A stretch of DNA of 58,272 nucleotides, counting the filler, from Dirinaria sp. TL-2023a (lineage: Eukaryota): assembly GCA_051941275.1 (NCBI GenBank). It is 5 parts of 5 records of this genome, joined end to end, with 100 filler letters (N's around TTAATTAATTAA, not from the genome) between each part and the next. Parts side by side here need not be neighbours in the genome. Positions count along the whole stretch, not along the records: positions 1 to 11,621 come from JAVEBF010000832.1; positions 11,722 to 23,302 come from JAVEBF010000833.1; 3 more parts are not named here. One strand, given 5' to 3'. How positions within the stretch are numbered: the first letter of the stretch is position 1; every line of letters begins with the position of its first letter. Below the pieces are notes generated by a model. It did not search any database. It was not told the DNA's origin and saw only the letters and a program-made list of their open reading frames with translations. Positions 1 through 12,291 of this stretch are shown here, piece by piece. Position numbers and translations under genes: made by a program.

Positions 1-1098
1 TCCCTGTATTCCGTCTCCAGAATCATATCCTCACAGTCACAATAGCCGCCCAGAGCAAAAGTTCTATAGCGAAAGAAAGACGGGGTTGGAAACGTTTGTT
101 TGAGGAGAGCAATTTAAGGTACGATTCCTTTCTCGATACACACAGACGGGGCTCCAATAGTTTTCATCCTAGCTGGAACTTCTGAGACGAAGTACGGTTA
201 CACCCTGAGATCTTGTACTTCGAAGATGAAACATGGTTTTTTGAAGTGAGGTTTCGGCGGCCGCTGCCTGGTTGTTGGATTTTGGATTGATCGGCTTTGG
301 ACGGAGTTTGGTTTTTTTTTTTTTCTCTTTTTTTTGTGGTTGGTTCTTGTAATGTCCTTTCCGTCTAGGACTGTGTTTTTCAAAGGTGGTTTTTTTTTTT
401 TTTTGACAATGTTTTCAGCCTCGTGCAAGAGAATTAGCACTCAGCGTCGTCAGCGCATGGGATACAATCAGTTGTACAGTAAATAGCTGTCGGGCGGGGG
501 GATCTATCTCGAGTCCGTGACACAAGTCGGTCTTCGGCGTTGCTTTGCCGCTCGTCTTTCGATATACCGACCGACCGATTGATGCCTCCTCGAATTCAGG
601 CAACAGACTTTGCCATCGGGATATCCATCGAGGCTGTACATCAATGGGCGATCTATCAACCCTTGGTCGCGATGCAGGGAGCTCGACACCACATGCATAC
701 TTACCTGTTTCAATGCTCGGCTATTGTAGCAAATGATGAACAGATGACGGAAGCCATTGGCTCGCCGGGCAAGATTTTGGTGTGGCGAGGCTGCGAACCC
801 TTGGGCATATCACAATCAGCCACCATGCAGCAGTTGCCAAAATGGGCAGGTATCAATTGTTCCTTCGGGCTCTTGAAAGGAAGATTGGGATTGGTCCATT
901 GCGCGCTCTGAAACGCCGCGGGGACGGGTTGCCCAACCCTGCCGATCGGGTACCTGCGGAGTATAAGGAACCAGGCGCTTACTGTTACAGAGCAGCAATA
1001 CGGTAGAATTGTGCACATTCTGGAGCGATGATATATGTTGCCTTCTCGCCAATAATGCCAGGAGGGAAAAGATGTTGGAAACACAAAGCTAGGTAACG

Positions 1099-3910
1099 AT
1101 GACATTTGCATACAGCATCCCACTGCCACCCAAGATTCCTGATATGGAATCGGAATCTGATCTCGCAGGAGAAGGCAGTAGCTTTTTGACAGAGGATGCC
1201 TTCTCCAGCGAGCGCAGCCAAAAGCTCTTTGAAGCGATTGACGAACTCCAGAGTTGCGGCGCAAACCGTGACATTGACCTGCCAGAAGTAAGCACGCCTG
1301 GCCTCCGTCCAAGAACACGTGCTGCGACTAAGAATACTAGCTCGTCATAGTCGGTGATCAGTCGGCTGGAAAGTCATCGCTACTGCAGAGTTTGACAGAC
1401 ATTCCCTTTCCTGTGGCCGGCCGGCTTTGCACGAGGTTTCCAACACGCATTGTTTCGAGGCGGACACCTGGTGGCAGCGAGATCACCAGAATATCGATCG
1501 AAGCCACTTTCTCCGGTTCTTTCAGTCACTCTCCGTTGGAGGAACGTCAACTAGAATATGCCAAATTCGAGCACAGTAGCTCGAATTTCACCGCCACCGA
1601 ATTCCTGTCGGTAGTCGAAAAGGTATACAGTTCCTCGATTCTTGGTGTTCTCATGCTTAGCAGTGGATCAGGCAACCAGCCTTATGGGCATCGCTGAAGG
1701 CCCAGCATCCGAGCTCGGCAACGGCTCGCTCCACAAAAGCGACGAAGCGAAACACTTCTCAAGCGACGTACTTCGAGTAGAAATTTCCGGCCCGAATCGA
1801 TCCTATTTTAGTATAATTGACCTACCAGGGGTCTTCCAATCGTTGACGAAAAATCTGACAGTGAAGGAGAAAAGGGTGTGCGAGATCTTGTATCAAGCCA
1901 CATGATACCTAAGCAGAGTGTGTAAGGCGTCTTTCGATTGACTGTAGTGAAATATTGACTGTGGTAGTTGCGTCGCCAGTGGCACTAATGATTTGGCTAA
2001 TCAAGCAATATTCGACATGGCTTCCCAGTATGATCCCCAAGGGGAACGAACAGTGGGCTAATAACCAAATGCGATGCTACGCAGCATCCAAACGAGGTAT
2101 GTGTATATGTCGTAAAGCTAGGATATAGACACTGCGCTTACTGTTTGCAGGTTATGCGGCTCGCCCAGAACCAAGAGAAGCATTTCAATCATGGCTGGTT
2201 TGTCGTACGAAACCGCACCCCGGCTGAAGCTGAAGCCAACATCGAGGGGCATGATCGGGATAAGCGGGAAGAGGACTTCTTTGGCAAGTTGCCCTGGAAC
2301 ACACTACCCAAATCTCGTCGAGGTGTCCAAGCTTTGAAGAAATATCTGACAGATCTTCTGTGTACTCGCATTCAAATGGGCTTTCCTTTGATGCGCCAAA
2401 CTATCCAGGCCCGGCGGCTCTCGGCGGCATCGCAACTCGAAGCCCTAGGGGAATCAAGGGAGAGCATTGAGCAGAAAAGAGCTTACCTGTCCAGAATAGC
2501 CCAGTCGTTTCACTCCCAAGCCTCAGCGGCTCTCCATGGTCGTTATGGGGCAATCAAATCCGAGAGCATGAAGTTGCGGAAGGTAATAAGAGATGCGAAC
2601 GATGGATTCATGCAAGATATTAAGAAAAACGGCCACATGGTGCCGTTCGCGGATCTCCCACATATCCCAGATACGGCCGAAGCGAACGAATCCGATGAGG
2701 AGAACTTCGAGAGATGGAATGCTGAAATGGAGGCCACTGCTGCTGCTCCAATGCCGGGGGAATCTGACACAGATTCTGAGCCCGAGCCTATGCGGTCAAA
2801 GGTAAGATCACAGACTGGGCCCCGATTTGAAGAAAACGTAACTGAACAGATATTCAGGGAGCATTCAAACAGCATGGCGGTACCCTTTTTGGAGGACCAG
2901 TGCACGACGGCAACACTTTTGGAGGATCTCAGCAATCCGGTGGCTTTTTGGCACCCAAGTCTAGTACTTTTGGGCGGAATAGTCGCTCGCCATCTCGCTG
3001 GAGCCAAGCATCGACTCCCAGCAAGAGTAAAGCCACCCCTCAAACTAGCCAAGGAAAGCGTGCAACGAAGTCGCAGCCGGCACAGAGCCCCTCAACTAGT
3101 GAAGTTGATCTTAGTAGAAGCTCCGATGACGTCTACCTTTGGATTCGCAGGGAGGTAGATGCCTGCAGAGGTACCGAGCTCCAGGGGACTCTGAACCCAG
3201 ATGTCTTGGCTATCTTGTTCCACGATCAAGCAAGCAAGTGGCGCAACATTGCAATCTCGCATTTTCAAGTCATCCTAAGGTCTACAAGCGACGTGTTGAA
3301 AACAATTCTGGAAGACACCGCACGCGAACGCATTACGCGAGAACGAATATGGCCGAAGATCCTTGAAGCCGGTCAAGCGAAAGAGGCAGAAAAGACTGCT
3401 CTTCTCAACGATCGCATGGACGACCTTACCACGAAACACCTGCAAACCAACAATTCAGCATTCCTAGAGAAAGTCGCCAAAGCGAGACTCCTTCGCTTTC
3501 AAGCGGCACTGTACAGATATCAGCAGGCAGGTATATCACAGCAGAAGCCGGCCCTAAGCGACAATCAGCTACTTATCGATCTGCGAGATACGTCAGCACT
3601 CTTTTCGGAGCTCCACATGAGCAATTCGAGGAATCTGGAGAACGAGATCCACGACACCCTGAAGGCTTATTACGAGATTGCAAGGTATGAATTCGTGGAA
3701 TTCATAACACAGCTGGTCGTTGAAAAGTTCTTGGATTGTCAGCAAGGGCCTGTGCTCCTCTTTTCACCAATGTATGTAGCGGGGCTGTCGGACGAAGCGA
3801 TTTCGGAGCTTGCAGGGGAAGACGAGGCTTTGGTGAGGGAAAGACAGGAGAAGGAGGCGACTTTGGCTCGATTGAGGCGGGCAGAGAAGATTGCCTTGAG
3901 CTATTCGTGA
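1099..3910 (+). pseudogene. Dynamin-family (Mx/Vps1-like) large GTPase with two apparent 1-nt deletions; pseudogene or assembly indels
   Basis: The spliced translation gives LPE|LVIVGDQSAGKSS (G1), LCTRF (G2), DLPG (G3), TKCD (G4), GWFVVRNR and a C-terminal GED-like region (LKAYYEIAR...FV). Predicted introns: 1288-1340, 1623-1671, 1922-1967, 2097-2150 and ~2802-2857. Frameshifts at ~1873 and ~2059 are needed to recover GVRDLVSSHM and ITKCD. Confidence 0.85.
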
Positions 3911-6356
3911 CTGGTTGGGATGCCGCATGGCATAATGTGGGTGGGCGCACACTATATTTTTGCTTTGGGCGCTTTCAAATATTGTTGGAAAATCTTTCAA
4001 GTCAGGTCACATGGAAGTCTCTTGACTGCGACTGCGACTGCGACCATAAGCATTATACCACCAGCTTTAAGATACTTGGCGTCTATGACTGTTACAGCCC
4101 CCACACCCTCAATAATGTTCAATGTTGTCCTATGGCCGATCAGGAAGTCGGGCCATGCTAGACTCTCAGCAGGCAGTCCACTCTCGTTGATAGTGGTTGT
4201 TGCCGAAAAGACAGAGCTGCAGGGAAGTCCGAAGCAGACGACGTAGAGTATTCCTGTTGACCTTGGGAATGATCAGCGTTTATTCAGGGTCGACTGCCTC
4301 CCCACGAAAGATCTCCGAAGAATAGGTAGGTCTCGACCGAATGTGGACAGTCCCTCCAATACATCCAGTAATTACAGTATCTGGAAGCCCATAGACGCAT
4401 CCAAGATGGCAATGGCATCAGTGACCTGCATGGCATCACCTGATAGATGCAGCGACGATGAAAGACCCTTCCTGTTGGTTCCGAGAAACACTATTGTGTT
4501 GCATTTCACCTTTGATGCTCTACCTACCTAGGTACGAGTACTTAGTAAACGGTGTGGAAGCAGGGGCGCCTATCTCGCAGTGCCGAGCGACCGATAATCG
4601 TATCATCTTGGCAAGATAAGTTCTCTTCCCCTGAATCGCACCTATACCCTCCAATTCCCGACGCAGGATGCATGAGCGCCGGCATAAAGCAGGACTCAAC
4701 CATAAATTCAAACACGTAGATCCGCGTGGATGTCAGGTTAGTGAGGCTATTCTTCTTGTAGCGCAACCTCTAAAATCTCCTTCTTCTCCCCCAGCATTAA
4801 GTAAGCATTTCTTCAACGGAGTAGCATAAGTCAGGTATGATCGACGTTTAGCATGCTGAGATCGGAAAGATTCCTGCCGAGGAGAGTGTGGGCCACCTTG
4901 ACCTTAGTCATCAAGAATCTTGAGTGTGTTGTAAGATTTATGCGGTAATTAGTCCGGAGTATGAGTGCATGTGGTTAGACAGCAAAGTCATCGACGGCTA
5001 TAAAAGCACTAAAAGGGAAGGAGTCGGGGACTCGGGGCGCACGAAAAGACAATCTGCCGAGAGTTCTGAGGGAAGCCTAGAGCTAAACCGATTGTAGAGT
5101 AGCGTGCCTGTAAACGGATCGGTCCGTCGGATAAATTGGAACCTCGGAACGGCTCACCACAACCTCTACATCAACTTCCCCAAGTACCCTCGTACCTTAA
5201 CGACCTTCGGTACTCTTAGCTTTCTGTGGTTACGTTAATTGAGGCACTGTACAGTACGGAGTATAGCTACTATTGTAGTAGCTGCACTTACTGTACCGTG
5301 GACCTGACATCGCACGAGTCAAGAGCTATACCCAAAGCTCTTGACTTGTGCCGCGTTAGAATCAGATAATGCGTTAGCGCCGGCAGAGGGCCTCTGGCGA
5401 ACCGGGGACGTTATGCAGCAAGTTACAGAAGCGAAAGGGTGAGGCCCGAATCATGCAGACACACCACAGCGGCTGATCCCTCAACAACAAGCTACGTGCA
5501 CTTTCTATGTGACAGTTTGCTTCTATGTACATTAGCCCCTCATGTGACACTGACTCATTTCGAGCCGATTCTGATCCGAATCTCGAGAGGAGATTCCAGA
5601 AATGTTGAAAAATGGTGTTCCTGATTTTTGCGCAAGTGAAGAAGTCGATCTCTTTTTTTTTTGTTTCCCCTCCCCACACCTCCACAGCCTCAGGTCTGTC
5701 GATCTAAGCTGACAAATGCGCCCGATCCGATCGAACGTGCTGATCATATTCGCTTACGTGTTGGAATAAGGTGGGGGAAGGTGTCGGATGAGCAGAACGT
5801 AAGGCCATGAAAAAAAAAAAAAAAAAAAAAAGCAAAATGGGGGAACGTTTTTAAGACCCAATAAAACACCGCGGGTTCTAAGCTACTTTATCATTTACGC
5901 GCTCCGAGAGCCTAGCCTAAGCTTCTCCAACTGAAGAATGCATGCCTTCCAGTGTCGGCATCATCCCTTCATTTCTTCACGATTTTCATGATTTATATAG
6001 AGGCGTGATCCGAGGAACATTGTACCTGGCTCTAGTCAATTTCGAGTGAAGAGTCAGCGTCAACAGGCCTCTCTACCCTGAGCTTGGTGTGTTGCACACG
6101 ATGCCTGCAATTACCTTCTAGGGCAAGGTGATAAGTGAGCCCAATGTAACGCTAATGTGGACCTTTTCGTGCCGACGATCACTTCGGAGCCAATGGTAGA
6201 TGGCTTCTCTGCGACAGCTGCCACACTCGGCAGTCCTATAAATTAACCATCTCTCTTCTTCTTGAAACTAAACTGCTATAAGTCAGTAGGCCACTAGAAG
6301 GAGATAGCGGTGGCTATCGTGATATAGGCTGCTTGGGTCGACGACGCGACTTAGCC

Positions 6357-8189
6357 ATGATTTATCATGGACTTGAGTACTACTGGCCATCGATGCCTAC
6401 AGATCACAATGCTTCGGCGACCTTCTGGATCGCTGGACTAAGCATCATCTATCTTGGCTGGTATCTTTCGACCTTCAAGCTCGGCCTCTTTTCGAGACCT
6501 CAAGAGCCAAAACCTCTGCCATACTTAATTCCATGTGAGTAGATCATAATTCGTACGGGTATCAGACCCATTAACGACTGCAGTCATTGGTAATCTCTCT
6601 CTTGTCTATGGTGTGCTCTGGGCCAATGTGTTCAATCAGGGCATGCGATATTCTTTTTCAAGGAAAGAGAGGCACTCTTTACACACGCAAGGTATTCTAC
6701 TTTATGAAAATACTCTGGCTTCTAGATCCGTGCGTAGCACATTAAAGCAAGCAGCTAACGGAAATTGTACTGGTCAGAAAGTTTTTCAACTGTGAACCTT
6801 GTACACTCACAATCGCTGGAAACAAGCTGTACTTAGTCACGTTGCCACAACAGATATCCGAGATCTACAGGAAAGCGGTAAAATTATCATTTGATCCTTT
6901 CATACGAGATTTCCAGCTAGCTTCTGGCCTGTCCGCAATGGGCTTGGAAAGAACGTGGGAGGTGCCAATGGCGCATGAGAAGCACAATCAAAGGGACAGT
7001 AAAAATCTAGTGCAACGCACAGAGGGTTTCATCCGATTTCACTTCATTCCTGGAACCCCTTTGGACAAGCTCAGCGAGAAGATCTGTGCAAGGATTGAAC
7101 AGAGGACACAATGGAGCACTCTTCCCACGTCGAGCATTCTGTCATTTAGGTCGGAAGAGCGGGTTATTTCACTCTACAAGTGGTTAGGAGAGGTCTTCGT
7201 AGATGCCTCAACGCGTGCTTTCTGTGGCGACGCACTTGTTGACACTGAACCCATGGTGGTTCACGATTTTCTCGAATATGACGAGCATTCGTGGATGCTT
7301 CTTTATCAATATCCTTCTTTCCTTGCGAAAAAAATGTCCTCTCCGCGAGAGAGGTTTCTGCAATCGATCATTCGTTACCTGTCATTGCCTTCGCAGAGAA
7401 GACAAGACTCACCAGCCCAAGATCTGAACGCGCAGCTCGTCCAGGCCGGTCTGTCCACTCGAGACCGAGCTATTTATCTTCAGATGATTCACTTTGCGTA
7501 AGCCTGATCTCACCACCATTCCTGTCGATCCAGCATCAATGTCTGCTGACATTGCAGAGTCTAGCATGAACACCAATGTCTATAAGTCGTGCTTCTGGTT
7601 ACTCGCCCACATACTTTTTGAACCCTCGTCTCTCTCAGCTATTCGCGCAGAAATCAGTCCAGCCATTCAGGGAGAAAAGATGGACATCTATTATCTCATA
7701 GACGAACAAAAATGTCCAATACTTAACGCGGCCTTCAATGAAACCTTACGGCTCACCGCCGGGGCCTCGACAGCCCGCACTGTCCTTTCCCCCACCGATA
7801 TTGGAGGCAAAACCCTTTACCCGGGTGCTAGAGTCCTAGTGCCTTACCGGCCAAGCCTTTTCAGCGACGTCTTCGGTCCAAACGTGCTCGACTTTGACCC
7901 ACACCGCTTCATCCGGGATCCAGAACTAGCGAAGAATCCAGCGTACCGCCCTTACGGAGGGGGTTCGCAGCACTGTCCTGGAAGGTTCCTGGCGCGAAGG
8001 GAGGTGGTTGCATTCGTGGCTCTCGCCTTGGACCGGTTTGATTTTGATCTGAACACGCACATGGAAGCAAAAGCGCAGCCGCACTTTCCCCGACTGGCTG
8101 AAAACAAGCCGAGCGCTGGAGTCATAGCTCCGGTGCCCGGGGACGACGTTGTAGTGTCAATTAGGCGTAGAAAGGCGGATGCTACATAA
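6357..8189 (+). CDS. Cytochrome P450 (CYP7/CYP8-like fungal clade, no canonical I-helix AGxxT)
   Basis: N-terminal TM helix, PYLIPFIGHA Pro-rich motif after splicing, ExxR (NETLR), PERF-like DPHRF and heme motif YGGGSQHCPGR. Introns 6535-6583, 6590-6639, 6692-6777 and 7498-7564 are all GT-AG and give one continuous frame. Confidence 0.92.
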
Positions 8190-9727
8190 GGACGTACCAC
8201 TTCAAGGACCCTCGTTTAGCCATAGAGGGTTTAGTGAACGGAACATGCTTCGCGTCGCTAGAATAAAAACGTACGAGTACACGCTGCGTAAGCGGAGATA
8301 TAAGAGAAGAAGATGACGCTTTTCTCATCACGTGTGTTCCTCTCCTCGACTCGGGTCACAGGCGTAGATCGCTGTCATCGAGACTTTGAATGCGTTGGCT
8401 GAAACTGATTTTGAACCTCATCATTGAATGCAGTCTTGAACAGTACCTTGAGAAACTTCCTGGCAAGCGAGCCACTTCGATTTCACACTGAACTACGGTA
8501 CGAGAAAACAGGTGTACTTTAGTACTTATAAGATTGCATTGCTCTGAGACCCCTCTCCACTATGTTCCAAATCAAATCATGAGACATCATGGCCATAATG
8601 GGAATATATTGCGAGTAACACAAGACCAGCCTCCTTCAGGAAAAGATTGGAAAACATTGAGGATAGATAATAAGCAGGAGTTTCGGTACTCTAAACGAGA
8701 TCGATAAGATACAAAAAGAGCAGGGAATTGCCACATTGTTGGCCAGAAGTGCTGACTTCTTTCTAGACTGACGGTCAGTCCCCTTTTCGCTGTCGAGCTG
8801 TCTATGCCGGCACCTAGGCTTCCCTGGGTAAAAGGTAAGCAAGCGTTGCTGAACTGGGGATCTACTGCGCGTTGTCTTTTGTCCTACAAACGTAGGTAAG
8901 ATAAGGGATGTTGGCCGTCACGAGACGAGGAAGATTCCGCACTCTGGCCGCACCCCAGGTCCTGTTCATGTTTGAAATCCGTTGTGGCTCTGAAAGTGTG
9001 GATTGTTCTGCCCTGGTGATTAGAGCGCCTATTATGGACTTAGTGCGAGTACCAAGACGCTAGGAACAAGCGAGATTTCCATTCCACACTAAGATATTAA
9101 GTACTAATCAGGTAGTAGGTACAAGTCCAAGCAGCTTCCAAGATTCTTTCTGACAGCTGAGAGCCAATTGAAGCAGAAATCAACGCTTACCTCCATGATT
9201 AATAACGATTATCAATGGGAACAAAGGTAAATCCGTATCATACCGTTATTGTGTACTTGTACCGAGCTCGATTGACCAACGAAATGGTGACACGCATTGT
9301 TACATGCATGCTGACGCAAACGCAACTATCCGAAGATCACGTCGGAAGCAACCATTTCGCTAGAACCATTGTCAAGAACCCTTGCTGCTCATCTGCTCAT
9401 GTCGCACCTCACTCAAAAGCCGAGTCCATTGTGTATCAGCCCTTCTCATGCAAGCTATGCCGTTCGTTCCCCAGGTTTCTCGGTTTCATGCTGGAAGCCG
9501 ACCTCCAGGAACCGATCCCGTGACGTTATCGTCGGATGAGGGCAATAATATTAATGCATCCGACCCAAAGTACTTTCGTAGAGACTAATGGCGATGGAAG
9601 GGCATGATATATAGAGGATGTGCCCCAACCTGACAATTACTCTCCTGCTTCTCTTCTCCGATCACCCAGCCAGCTACACTTGACTTCCACCGTGAGCGAC
9701 CGAAGCATACCAGAAAACGTGCGCATT

Positions 9728-11316
9728 ATGGGCTACCTCCCCGAGATCGCGTTGAGCGCCAGATACACGCCTGGAATGACCCATGCCGAAACCCTTACCC
9801 AGGAGAGCGCCGACATGTGCTCGAGACTTCTACAAGAGAACCATTATGACTATCACATTTTCACTCACGAGGAGGAAGATAAAGGTGTAAGTCCACTCAG
9901 ATAGGAGCTACCGTTTGCTCACTATAAAGCCCAGGTTCATCTCCACAACCACCTTGTCCACCACGATACTACACTCTATGCGCTGGGAGCTACGCCGGCA
10001 CAGCTAGAGGCACATCACCGGCGCAACACCCTCTATCAGCGACTGCCACCAAAGCGTGAGGAAAGTAGCGTTGTGAGTGAAATGGCTGATTACGCGAGGT
10101 ATAAGTCATTCTTGGGTGATGAGTCGCATTATCTCGACTTCGTCCATTTTTTTGAGAAAGAAATACACGATCTGGGATACCAAGCCGTGCTGCAGAAATA
10201 TCTGGTGAGTGAGGACGAGGTTGGCATGGACATGTTACCACGCATCTACATGGGTACGTCTGATCGGATAGGGAAGTTTCCTTAAATAACTATATCTGAG
10301 TTGAATAGGCTATGTGCATTCGATGATGCACATCGGCATTGCTCTGGAATTCAATCAAATGGCCATCATGGCGGAAGGCTTAGCTCAGGCAGCCGTGCAT
10401 CATGATTACTGGTATACGGATTGGATGAACAAGGTAGACAAGGACGCCAAGCGCGCTGAGGAGTCCGCGCTTCCACTCAGTGACTGCCTTGACCTCTGTC
10501 GTGCCGACGACATTATTCGCAACTCATCCAGTATTGATTTTCAGCGGCAGTTCGAAGGCGACAAATTTGTGATGCGAAAAGAAATGGTCCGTGATGGCGT
10601 TTGTGCAAATGCCGGCAAAGCGATCGGTTGCGTGGCAGCACGATATCGTGTTGATCCAAACGATCTCGATCGAGCGACAGCCGAGCTCATCAATTCTGCC
10701 GGTAAGGCTTTCATTATTATCCTTTTGCGACTGGAACAGCCCGACCGCGCTTGGTTTGGAGCACCCGTAGATCGACATACTGACTCCAGATCCCCCCTTA
10801 GTCTACGCATCGGCTGGCGCACAGAAGCCACCCCACGAATGCCGCTACGACTTCTTCCTCATCCACGGCACCAACGCATCGATATGGCACTCCGCCTTCC
10901 TCGCCGAACCCTCGCTATCTGCGCGTCAGAAGGCGCGGCTGCTCGAATACACAGGGCGCTGCATCCTGCTTTTGTACGCGAGCATGGGATGCCCGGAGCC
11001 ACGACTGGACTGGATCCTGACGCACCGGCCACGGTTTCCGCGCAACGACTGGGCCAGCGTTTTCCAGCGCGTGTGCATGCACGAGGACGACGGACACATG
11101 TCGAAGCTCGTCCGCGCCATCGCCCACGCCCGGAAGGTCTCCGAACCGTACGACTCCCGGCCGGAGTTTCGGGTCAAGCAACACGTGTTTTTGCCTGCGG
11201 CCGTCGCGGCTGTTGATGGAGGCAGCAAGAAACCGATGGATGGGACTATCCATTTCGATCTGGTGCGCGGTGCGGCGTGGCCGGAAGCGTGGTCTCGGGT
11301 GCCGGTGCGCGCTTGA
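9728..11316 (+). CDS. AflY/HypA (questin oxidase-like, Baeyer-Villiger-type) oxidoreductase
   Basis: Family motifs HNHLVH..LYALGA, YLDFVHFF.KEI, GYVHSMMHIGIALEF, DFFLIH and DDGHMSKLVRA. Introns 9887-9934, 10254-10308 and 10702-10801 join the frames. Confidence 0.85.
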
Positions 11317-11621
11317 TGTTTGAGGGCGAACTTTAGTCGAGGGCGGAGCGCCGGTGATTTTCTATTGATAGCATCCAAAAAGATCAAATGTTCTGATTGA
11401 TCTCAAATTTGCGCCGACCACCTACCTTACCTTGATCACCATCCTATCATGGTTTTCTGAGGACATGCACTGTGCCAAGTAACCCATCTATTCGTGATAG
11501 ATAGCTAGGACATTTGAACCACAACTCCGACAGCGATGGTCTCCACGACATGTATGCTCTTTATACAGTACCACTGTGTGGGGTAAGAAATACAATATCC
11601 GTGCAATAGTAACTCCCAATC

Positions 11622-11721
11622 NNNNNNNNNNNNNNNNNNNNNNNNNNNNNNNNNNNNNNNNNNNNTTAATTAATTAANNNNNNNNNNNNNNNNNNNNNNN
11701 NNNNNNNNNNNNNNNNNNNNN
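11622..11721. other. Artificial contig spacer
   Basis: 44 N + TTAATTAATTAA (stop in all six frames) + 44 N. Confidence 0.98.
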
Positions 11722-12291
11722 GCGGGATTGTCGGGATCGATGATGGGCCGGTAGAAGGGGGGGAGAAGAGCTGGAAGAATTAGATTTTTTTTTTTTTAAT
11801 TTCAGTTTAGGAAGGGTTTTTGGAGGACAGGGTTGATGGAGGAGGTGTTGAGTGTGTCTGGATAATGGGAGGTTCCAAAGAATGAATAATGAATGGTGAA
11901 ATGGTAAGCGCAAAGGGAGGAAGGAGGAGGGGAGGGAATGCAGGGACTCCCGCAAGGCGACCAGTCAAATCGGAAAAAGACTGGACCGCAGGATTTAACA
12001 AGCGTAACTTGGAGGAACATTTAAACGTCCAACCGAGCGTGTCCAGGGTATGAGCGTGTTCAGGGTATTCTATGGAGGTGATGTGAAGATGAAAGCAGCT
12101 GGTGCAAAGCAAAAGAAGTAGGGTGCGGAGCTTCGCTTGCATTGAATGCCTACATTAAGCACGCAAATCTTCAAAGCCCTCCCTGCATCCCCTTTGTTGC
12201 TTCTTGCACCCACTGTGCTTGTGCTTGTTCATGATCGATGTGTACGACAAGGTTCACATGTATGCAAATATGAATCACCCAATGCAAGTCG

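Noticed and set aside
697..707. ATACTTACCTG, identical to the U1 snRNA 5' end
   Set aside because: No U1 stem-loops or ATTGCAC loop follow. It is more simply a minus-strand splice-donor-like sequence or a chance match.
5810..5831. A22 run as a retroposon tail
   Set aside because: No target-site duplication or element body was identified.
11666..11677. TTAATTAATTAA as a biological repeat or target site
   Set aside because: It is a six-frame stop linker centred in identical N spacers.
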